In this document: piece after piece, positions 19,345-26,434 of the stretch
How positions within the stretch are numbered: the stretch's first letter is position 1
Layout of the letters: every line of letters begins with the position of its first letter
Source of the DNA: Acutalibacteraceae bacterium
GTDB taxonomy: Bacteria; Bacillota; Clostridia; Oscillospirales; Acutalibacteraceae
Direction of reading: 5' to 3'
Assembly (NCBI GenBank): GCA_045649545.1
Contig: JAZRQE010000043.1
Coordinates: forward strand, 476 to 64,475
Length of the DNA stretch: 64,000 bases
Position numbers and translations under genes: made by a program
Notes under the pieces: model-generated
What the model saw: only the letters and a program-made list of their open reading frames with translations
Databases searched by the model: none
Told to the model about the DNA's origin: nothing

Positions 19345-19480
19345 TTTAAAAGCAAAAGGACCACCGAGGGAATGGCGGTCCTTTTACTTTTTTCGAGGGT
19401 TATTTGAGGAGGGTAGAGTAATGTTCAGTTCACACAAATCTACTTTAATGTGTTAAGAGTTGCGGTTCTCTCCTGAACTG
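19345..19480 (-). ncRNA. Candidate ~130-nt small RNA or leader with three CCCUC motifs and an intrinsic terminator
   Basis: TATAAT at 19486-19491 (minus). P1 GUUCAG/CUGAAC encloses two short hairpins. Terminator GGACCGCC-N8-GGUGGUCC plus UUUUGCUUUU. G-U pairs favour the minus strand. Confidence 0.4.
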
Positions 19481-19617
19481 ATTTTATTATACAATACATA
19501 TTTTTAATTTGTGTGTCATTTTTGTGAACTTAAAGTAAACAATAGTCAAGTGTTTTGTTAACAAAATGAATACTTACCTTAATTTGGGGTCAAAATAGGT
19601 TTGAAAGGATGTTTTGT

Positions 19618-20355
19618 ATGAGTAATAAGAATAAATCGAAATCAAAAATCATAAAATTTCTTAACGGCAGAGCATTTTACGTGGTGTTGTGTTTGTGTTT
19701 TGTTGCAATCGGCGTTGCTGCGTGGTCAGGCGTCGAGGGAATGAAGATTATGAATGCCGAAAAGCAAAATAACAGTACATCTTCGGTTAACTCGGGGTCG
19801 GGTAGTGATGTTTTGCAGGTAATCCCGCCGATTTCGTCGGTTATCACACCGAGCTTTGACGAGGATGACCAAAACGATAGCACGGAGTCCGAAACCGAGG
19901 CAATCAACCCTACAGAGTCCGAAACCGAAGAGGCTGTAGCACCTGTGGCCACATTCTTTGTCAATCCGGTTTTAGGCGAGGTTATAAAGGATTTTTCGGA
20001 TACTGAACTGCAGTATTCAATGACAATGTGTGATATGCGGTTGCACAAGGCGGTTGATTTAAAGGCTAACGAAGGAACGCCGGTTATTGCGGCAGGGAAC
20101 GGTATAGTTACCGAGGTCTATACCGATGTAATGTTAGGCTCGGTTGTGGAAATCGACCACGGCAACGGAATAATTGCAAAATATTGCGGATTAAACGAAG
20201 AGCCGTTTGTTAAAAAAGGCGATACGGTTGATTCCTCAAAGCAAATCGGCACAGTGGGTGTTATCCCGTCAGAGTCGGTTGAGCAACGTCATATTCACCT
20301 TGAGTTTTTCAAAAACGGCAAGGCTGTTTCGCCGATGAATTATATTCAAAAATAA
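19618..20355 (+). CDS. M23 family metallopeptidase, membrane anchored
   Basis: 245 aa from ATG 19618 (AAAGGA 8 nt upstream). N-terminal TM. LHKAVDL and HIHLEF M23 motifs. Confidence 0.75.
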   Translation: MSNKNKSKSKIIKFLNGRAFYVVLCLCFVAIGVAAWSGVEGMKIMNAEKQNNSTSSVNSGSGSDVLQVIPPISSVITPSFDEDDQNDSTESETEAINPTESETEEAVAPVATFFVNPVLGEVIKDFSDTELQYSMTMCDMRLHKAVDLKANEGTPVIAAGNGIVTEVYTDVMLGSVVEIDHGNGIIAKYCGLNEEPFVKKGDTVDSSKQIGTVGVIPSESVEQRHIHLEFFKNGKAVSPMNYIQK

Positions 20356-20432
20356 ATTGAGAATATTCTTGCCCCCTATGGGTCGAAGCGGTTAAAATTT
20401 TTACAATTAACCAATCGGTTGGGGCAGTAAAA

Positions 20433-20476
20433 AGCGGAAGCTTGTAATTTCAAGCCTCCGCTTTTTGCTGTTTTTT
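20433..20476. terminator. Bidirectional intrinsic terminator
   Basis: GCGGAAGCTTG-N6-CAAGCCTCCGC followed by TTTTTGCTGTTTTTT. Confidence 0.75.
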
Positions 20477-20478
20477 AG

Positions 20479-20976
20479 TTATTCTTTAATTAAAACCTTT
20501 TCAATTTTACCGTAAACGGAATAGTGGAAATCGTTATTAGGAAACCACTTTAAAGGCTCTGTATCACAAAAGCATTTTTCTTCCATAGCCTGAACATACT
20601 GCTTTTTGCAGACTAATACCATTCTTGCCTCGTTAAAATATACCGCATCGCCGTCAAAAACAGGGGTAAGACCGGTTAAAGCGGTCTTGTCACAGTCGCG
20701 TCCTGACTTTGAACCGCAGATTTTGTGGATTTCCTTGTTATCGCCATAAAAGGAAAGGGTGAAATAATCAGAATTGTTTATAAACTCCATTGTGTATCGC
20801 TGGGGACGGACAACGCACATTGCCGTGTCTGCGCCCCACATTTCACCCACAAAACCCCAAGAAGCCGTCATCATATTATAGCCCGACTCATTTCCTGCGG
20901 TTATGAGCATATATTCTTTCGAAATTGCCTCAATTAAATTACCTTTAATTTCGGTTGCTTTAATTTCTTTAAACAT
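20479..20976 (-). CDS. Flavin reductase-like (FMN-binding split-barrel) protein
   Basis: 165 aa. MLITAGNESGYNMMTASWG is typical of the flavin-reductase/flavoredoxin family. Confidence 0.6.
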   Translation of the reverse strand: MFKEIKATEIKGNLIEAISKEYMLITAGNESGYNMMTASWGFVGEMWGADTAMCVVRPQRYTMEFINNSDYFTLSFYGDNKEIHKICGSKSGRDCDKTALTGLTPVFDGDAVYFNEARMVLVCKKQYVQAMEEKCFCDTEPLKWFPNNDFHYSVYGKIEKVLIKE

Positions 20977-21030
20977 ACCGTCACTCCGTTCTTACATTAT
21001 ATAGTATATATGCTATGTTAGTTTTCTTTT

Positions 21031-21059
21031 AAAAATGCCACCGCATATGCGGTGGCATT
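21031..21059 (-). terminator. Intrinsic terminator after the yebC-like gene
   Basis: ATGCCACCGCA/TGCGGTGGCAT palindrome followed by T5 on the minus strand. Confidence 0.8.
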
Positions 21060-21068
21060 AAGCCTGAT

Positions 21069-21803
21069 TTAAGCTTCTTCTGGTGTTTCCCAGTTGTGCC
21101 AAACGTTTTGAACATCCTCATTTTCATCAAGCATATCCAAAAGTTTTTCCATTTTTACGACCAAATCGGGGTCGTCGATGCTTGAGGTGGTAGCGGCAAC
21201 GTATGCCGGCTCTGCCGAAACGAAGGTATATCCCTTTACTGATAAAGCCTCACTGACGGCACCTACCGAGTTGGGGTCGGTCGAGATTTCGTAAACGTCA
21301 CCGTCAAAACTGAAATCATCGGCACCGGCTTCCAAAACATCTTCCATAACCTTGTCTTCATCCAAGCCTTCGCCCTCAATAACGATAAGACCTTTACGCT
21401 CAAACATAAACATAACTGAGCCTGACTGTCCCAAGTTACCGCCGCATTTGTCAAAATAGTGACGCATTTCACCGGCAGTACGGTTACGGTTGTCGGTCAA
21501 AACTTCAACAATAACTGCAACGCCCGAAGGACCGTAGCCTTCGTAAACTAAAGATTCATAGTCTGCACCGCCGCCTTCACCTGCAGCCTTTTTAATGATG
21601 CGTTCAATATTATCGTTAGGAACGTTGTTTGCTTTTGCTTTAGCAATAACGTCCTTTAATTTACTGTTGTTATCGGGGTCGGGTCCGCCGGCCTTAACAG
21701 CCATTGCCAACTCACGGCCTATACGGGTGAAAACCTTAGCACGAGCCTGGTCGGTTTTCTCTTTCTTTCTTTTAATGGTACTCCATTTCGAATGTCCTGA
21801 CAT
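21069..21803 (-). CDS. YebC/PmpR family DNA-binding regulator
   Basis: 244 aa. The MSGHSKWSTIKRKK N-terminus is diagnostic. Confidence 0.92.
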   Translation of the reverse strand: MSGHSKWSTIKRKKEKTDQARAKVFTRIGRELAMAVKAGGPDPDNNSKLKDVIAKAKANNVPNDNIERIIKKAAGEGGGADYESLVYEGYGPSGVAVIVEVLTDNRNRTAGEMRHYFDKCGGNLGQSGSVMFMFERKGLIVIEGEGLDEDKVMEDVLEAGADDFSFDGDVYEISTDPNSVGAVSEALSVKGYTFVSAEPAYVAATTSSIDDPDLVVKMEKLLDMLDENEDVQNVWHNWETPEEA

Positions 21804-21988
21804 ACTGTTTCCCTCCGGAAAATGATAATTTTTACATTGAACCTACGTATTTTAACACATTTTTCTGACGATATCAAGCGGTTGATTGAAAAATTTAGCG
21901 TTTTAATGCAAAAAAGTCTTGAACAACCGCGGTAAGATGTGGTAATATAACCTTGTATTACTAAATTTCACTATGGGGAGTGTGTAGA

Positions 21989-23557
21989 ATGGATAGCAAA
22001 ACGATACAAATACTTGTTGCTATGATTGCCTATATGGCAGTTGTTATCGTAATTGGACTTTTGTATGCCAAGCGTGCAAACAAGAGTTCTGAAAACTACT
22101 TTTTGGGTGGACGTTCGTTAGGACCTTGGGTTACCGCTATGAGTGCCGAGGCTTCTGATATGTCAGGCTGGCTTTTGATGGGATTGCCCGGTGTTGCATA
22201 TTGGTGCGGTTTGGCTGATGCAACCTGGACTGCAATCGGTCTTGCCGTTGGTACATATTTAAACTGGTTGATTGTTTCCAAAAGGCTTCGCCGTTACAGT
22301 ATAAGAGCCAACAACGCTATTACCTTGCCTGAGTTTTTCTCTAACCGTTTCAGAGAAAACAAAAAGGTTATCACAAGCATTGCTGCTTTGTTTATACTTG
22401 TTTTCTTTACAGTTTACGCATCGAGTTGTTTTGTTACCTGTGGTAAACTTTTCTCGACCCTTTTTGATGCACCTTATATTCCGATGATGATTATCGGTGC
22501 AATATTTGTTCTTGTTTATACCATTTTGGGCGGATTTTTGGCAGAAAGTGCTTCCGACTTTATGCAGGGTGTCGTTATGTTTGTAGCGTTAACCGTCATT
22601 GTTGTTGTAAGTATTTTCAAAGCCGGCGGATTAAATGAAATTTTAAATAACGCAAAAGAAATTCCCGGTTTCTTTGAGTTCTTTGGTCTTGCAAATCCGA
22701 CTGTTGATGAAGCAGGAAAACAGCTTATCGACGCTGCAGGCAAGCCGATGTTTGGTGAGTCTTTGCCTTACGGTGCTTTGAGTGTTGCTTCTATGATGGC
22801 ATGGGGCTTGGGTTATTTCGGTATGCCTCAGGTACTCTTACGCTTTATGGCGGTTCGCAGTGAGAAAGACCTTAAGGCTTCAAGAAGAATCGCAATGATT
22901 TGGGTTGTTATTTCGTTGGCTGTTGCCGTATTTATCGGTATTGCCGGACGTGAACTTTTCCCGACTGAACTTACTACTAAATCGGAATCAGAAAGCATTT
23001 TCATTCTGCTTTCCGAAAGTTTCTTGCCGCCGATTTTGGCAGGTCTTGTAATGGCAGGTATTTTGGCAGCCACCATCAGTTCGTCTGACTCTTATCTGCT
23101 TATCGCCGCATCTGCATTTGCTAAAAACATCTTCCAGGGTATTGCCAAGAAAAATGCAACAGACAAGCAGGTTATGACAATGTCGAGAATTACGCTCTTG
23201 GTAATCGCCGCAATTGCAGTGGTAATTGCGTTGGATAAAGACAGCGTTATCTTTAACATTGTTTCGTTTGCTTGGGCAGGCTTTGGTGCAACATTTGGTC
23301 CTTTGATGTTGTTCTCACTTTTCTGGAAGAGAACAACCCGTTGGGGTGCTGTTGCCGGTATGGTCGGCGGTGCAGGAATGGTATTCTTGTGGAAATTGGT
23401 TATCAGCAAATTGGGCGGTGCATTCGCAATTTATGAGTTGTTACCCGCATTCATTTTCTCTTGCATCTGCATAGTCGTTGTATCTTTGATTACACCCAAA
23501 CCCTCTAAAGAAGTTGAGGAAGATTTTGAGGCTGTAAGATTAGGCAATGTTGAATAA
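21989..23557 (+). CDS. putP: Sodium:solute symporter, proline (PutP-like)
   Basis: 522 aa from ATG 21989 (GGGGAG RBS). About 13 TM helices. SSS-family N-terminus. Confidence 0.7.
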   Translation: MDSKTIQILVAMIAYMAVVIVIGLLYAKRANKSSENYFLGGRSLGPWVTAMSAEASDMSGWLLMGLPGVAYWCGLADATWTAIGLAVGTYLNWLIVSKRLRRYSIRANNAITLPEFFSNRFRENKKVITSIAALFILVFFTVYASSCFVTCGKLFSTLFDAPYIPMMIIGAIFVLVYTILGGFLAESASDFMQGVVMFVALTVIVVVSIFKAGGLNEILNNAKEIPGFFEFFGLANPTVDEAGKQLIDAAGKPMFGESLPYGALSVASMMAWGLGYFGMPQVLLRFMAVRSEKDLKASRRIAMIWVVISLAVAVFIGIAGRELFPTELTTKSESESIFILLSESFLPPILAGLVMAGILAATISSSDSYLLIAASAFAKNIFQGIAKKNATDKQVMTMSRITLLVIAAIAVVIALDKDSVIFNIVSFAWAGFGATFGPLMLFSLFWKRTTRWGAVAGMVGGAGMVFLWKLVISKLGGAFAIYELLPAFIFSCICIVVVSLITPKPSKEVEEDFEAVRLGNVE

Positions 23558-23567
23558 TTGAATTTAA

Positions 23568-23596
23568 GGCGTACGGGTTTCCCGTACGCCGTTTTT
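23568..23596 (+). terminator. Intrinsic terminator after putP
   Basis: GGCGTACGGG-TTT-CCCGTACGCC followed by GTTTTT. Confidence 0.85.
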
Positions 23597-23609
23597 GTTG
23601 TTACATAAT

Positions 23610-23643
23610 AAAAAACTCTCGGTTTGAAACCGAGAGTTTTTTG
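23610..23643 (-). terminator. Intrinsic terminator after ruvX
   Basis: ACTCTCGGTTT/AAACCGAGAGT stem flanked by A- and T-runs. Confidence 0.8.
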
Positions 23644-23649
23644 ATGTTG

Positions 23650-24072
23650 CTATTTCTTTGTATTTGCACGGTGACGTAGGAAATCCTCCAAAATAATGGT
23701 GGCGGCAACGGCGTCTACAGTTTCTTTGCGTTTTTTACCTCTGACATCGGTGTAGTTTAATGCGGTGTGGGCACTGACTGTTGTACAACGTTCGTCCCAA
23801 AGTTCAACCGGCAAGCCTGTGGCTTGTCGTAAACTTTCTGCGGCGGCGGCACATTCCTGTGCTTTAAAGCCTTCGCTACCGTCCATATTTTTAGGATAAC
23901 CGACCACAATCATTTCAGCACCCAATTCTTTTGCCTTGGCGGCTAATTTTTCAATAAGTTTTTCGCGGTTATATTCGGTGATAACACCTTTCGGAAAGGC
24001 AAAACCCTCATTTTTGTCACTGAACGCCACTCCGGTACGGGCAGTGCCGACATCGACCGACATTATATACAT
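23650..24072 (-). CDS. ruvX: Holliday-junction resolvase-like nuclease YqgF/RuvX
   Basis: 140 aa from ATG 24072 (GGAGG 7 nt upstream). SVDVGTARTGVA N-terminus. The longer ORF extension overlaps the upstream gene. Confidence 0.85.
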   Translation of the reverse strand: MYIMSVDVGTARTGVAFSDKNEGFAFPKGVITEYNREKLIEKLAAKAKELGAEMIVVGYPKNMDGSEGFKAQECAAAAESLRQATGLPVELWDERCTTVSAHTALNYTDVRGKKRKETVDAVAATIILEDFLRHRANTKK

Positions 24073-24074
24073 AA

Positions 24075-24443
24075 TCATTCCTCCGTTATCGTCCAATAAT
24101 ACTTGCGGTTTGAGGTGGGGAAATCCGTTAAAACTCCGTGTTCCGGGTCGTAAAACAAGCCTTTGAAATAAAGCGACCAATGCCAACACCGAGGGGTTTC
24201 AAGACTTAATATTGCAATAGGCGGAAGCTCCGTTTTTAAGTTTGCCTGCTTGCGTTCGGGGTCGTATTTTATATTTAAGTTATCAAGTGCTAAAAACATC
24301 TGCTTTAGATTTGTTTCACGGTCGGTGCCGACAAGTGAAATTATATCGTCAACAGTCACATTGCCAAGCATTGCTAAAACGGCTTGACCGCATTGCAGGT
24401 CGGTCGGCTCGTGTATGTAAAAGGGGTTGTTGGTCAAAGGCAT
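24075..24443 (-). CDS. Small stand-alone papain-like (C39-like) peptidase-fold protein
   Basis: 122 aa from ATG 24443, 2 nt after the tadA stop. LQCGQAVLAML (Cys motif) and HWSLYFKGLFYDPEHG (His...DP motif) resemble the C39 catalytic signatures. Confidence 0.4.
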   Translation of the reverse strand: MPLTNNPFYIHEPTDLQCGQAVLAMLGNVTVDDIISLVGTDRETNLKQMFLALDNLNIKYDPERKQANLKTELPPIAILSLETPRCWHWSLYFKGLFYDPEHGVLTDFPTSNRKYYWTITEE

Positions 24444-24444
24444 A

Positions 24445-24900
24445 TTATTTGTCCTTTTCGCGTAAATTTTCAAAAAATTCGGTTAAAACCTCGGAGCATT
24501 CTTTCTCCATTATCCCTGCCCAGACTTCAGGGCGGTGGTTATAGGGTAGGCTGAACAGGTCAATTACCGACTCGTGCGAGCAGGAACCTGCCTTTTTATC
24601 AAATGCACCGAAAATAACCTTTTTAATTCTCGAATTGATAATAGCTCCGGCACACATTGGGCAGGGCTCTAATGTGACGTATAATTCACAGTCGTCCAAT
24701 CTCCAACTGCCTAAACGACGGCAGGCGTTGGAAATTGCCTCGATTTCGGCGTGGCCTAATGCAGTATTTTCGGTTTCACGGCGGTTAATTCCGGTGGCAA
24801 TGATTTCACCGTTTTTAACAATAACCGCACCGACCGGAATTTCACCTAAATTCCCGGCTTTTTTGGCTAAGGCTAATGCTTCGTTCATAAATTTTCTCAT
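24445..24900 (-). CDS. tadA: tRNA adenosine(34) deaminase
   Basis: 151 aa. HAEIEAI and PCPMCAGAI zinc motifs. Confidence 0.92.
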   Translation of the reverse strand: MRKFMNEALALAKKAGNLGEIPVGAVIVKNGEIIATGINRRETENTALGHAEIEAISNACRRLGSWRLDDCELYVTLEPCPMCAGAIINSRIKKVIFGAFDKKAGSCSHESVIDLFSLPYNHRPEVWAGIMEKECSEVLTEFFENLREKDK

Positions 24901-24904
24901 AGCA

Positions 24905-25972
24905 TTAACCTAACATTATTACGCCTTGTGCCAAAAGCACCTGAATTACACAAAGCACAAGGAAAATTATTATCCACGGGGATGCGAGGAATTTACGCAA
25001 GTTCGGGCCGGTTTCCTCTGCACGTTCGGGTGACAGTTTGAAAGCGTTGCTGTCCGATTTTATCAATATTATAAATCCGCAAATTCCAATAATCAGTGAT
25101 ACGGTGAAATAAATGTACGAAGTCATTTCACTAACCATGGGTGACATATTTTGCGAGCTGAATGCCAATGTTACCGACACAGTGTTATTTACCGCGTGAA
25201 TTAAAACGGCAGGGAGGAGTGAACCGGTGTATATAGTGGTGTATGCCAGCAGAAGACCGAGTAAAGTTGCAAAGGGGATTTGTTGCAGGTTTCCGTGCAA
25301 AACACCGAAAAGAACTGAAGAAATTACGATTGCCGATGTGTCGCTGAATTTTTTACGCAAGGCACCCAAAATTACACCGCGAATAGCGAACTCCTCTAAC
25401 AGTGCGGGCAATATACCGACGCACAAAAGCATAAGTACAAATGACCAAGTGCCGTTGCCGTATTCAGGTGCAGTTGTTTCAAATTTTATACCAAAAAGGG
25501 AGTTTGCAAAACTTTCAAGAATGTTAGACGCAAGGTTGCTCAAAGCACTTGCGCCAAAACCCAACATTACCAAGGCTATCAATTTGGAAGACGCAACACG
25601 CTTTACAGAGATAAGTTCGGAAAAGGTTGATTTTGTCGCCTTCAAGGTGTAAAGATAAGGTACGGTTAACGAAACGAGTGAAATTAGACTGCTTAAAACA
25701 TATTGAACATTAGGGTCGGCAAAACTTTCAAGACCGGAGCTTTTATTAAAAACGGCACTGAAAATTAAAACAGCATATACAATCGCATATTGGATTGCAT
25801 AACTTATAATAAAAAACATACAAAGCGGGAAGCCGACGGCATCGCCCAAGGTTTGAAGACTGCGGTCGGGGATAATGGGCGAAGCAGGGGGTGTCGGTGT
25901 TGCCGATTCGGGAGCAGGCTGGTCGTTTTCCAACAAATTATTCAAATTTTCGTTTTTATCGGTTCCAATCAT
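24905..25972 (-). CDS. CPBP (CAAX/Abi) family intramembrane glutamic endopeptidase
   Basis: 355 aa, polytopic. EEFAIRG, FGVLH and HAVNN motifs. Confidence 0.8.
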   Translation of the reverse strand: MIGTDKNENLNNLLENDQPAPESATPTPPASPIIPDRSLQTLGDAVGFPLCMFFIISYAIQYAIVYAVLIFSAVFNKSSGLESFADPNVQYVLSSLISLVSLTVPYLYTLKATKSTFSELISVKRVASSKLIALVMLGFGASALSNLASNILESFANSLFGIKFETTAPEYGNGTWSFVLMLLCVGILPALLEEFAIRGVILGALRKKFSDTSAIVISSVLFGVLHGNLQQIPFATLLGLLLAYTTIYTGSLLPAVLIHAVNNTVSVTLAFSSQNMSPMVSEMTSYIYFTVSLIIGICGFIILIKSDSNAFKLSPERAEETGPNLRKFLASPWIIIFLVLCVIQVLLAQGVIMLG

Positions 25973-26118
25973 AAGTTTACCTCATTTTAAGTTTGTTACA
26001 GTTTAAAAAGTGGGGATTTTAGTGCAAATTGCTAATAAACGGGTTCATAAAATGTCATTTGTGGACTGTTTTTATAAAAAACGTATAAAAAATGCCCATA
26101 TTTTTTACATAACAGATA

Positions 26119-26147
26119 TTGAAATTCCTGTGCGTTTGTATTATAAT
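26119..26147 (+). promoter_or_regulatory. Near-consensus sigma-A promoter at the 5' edge of repeat copy 2
   Basis: TTGAAA (26119-26124), 17-nt spacer, TATAAT (26142-26147). Predicted start is near 26154. Confidence 0.6.
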
Positions 26148-26351
26148 GATTGCAGTTAGTCGAAACACTCTAAAAGCGTTTCGACAAGCCACTTGACAAG
26201 TGGCTTTTGCAAAATTAAATTATAATATTTAATTTTGCACGACAATCATTTCAATGGAATAGGACAAATTTTTGACAAAAATTTGTCGCAAAATCAAAGA
26301 TTTTGTGGCGAAACAGGATTGTTTCGCCTAACCTATTTCATTATTATAATA
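26143..26351 (+). repeat. Six-hairpin structured intergenic element, copy 2
   Basis: Hairpins at 26159-26185, 26188-26204, 26209-26238, 26263-26287, 26288-26306 and 26307-26328. Same order and linkers as copy 1. Confidence 0.75.
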
Positions 26352-26434
26352 ACGTGATAATATAATAATAAGATATTATCAAAAAATAATCAATGAATAT
26401 TTAGTAAATTTTTTATATTTTTGGAGGGAAATTG

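Noticed and set aside
19421-19456. 11-codon plus-strand ORF (MFSSHKSTLMC) preceded by a perfect GAGGAGGG Shine-Dalgarno
   Set aside because: The SD-like sequence is the complement of the C-rich motif of the proposed minus-strand sRNA. No good plus-strand promoter is visible, and G-U pairs favour the minus strand. It is kept only as an alternative explanation, to be tested by ribosome profiling.
23650-24189. 179-aa version of the ruvX ORF, and long N-terminal extensions of several other ORFs (GtrA to 59058, recombinase from 60167, mob to 62686, hypothetical to 63737)
   Set aside because: The extensions overlap upstream genes or terminators and lack RBSs. Internal ATGs with good Shine-Dalgarno sequences give proteins of canonical length.
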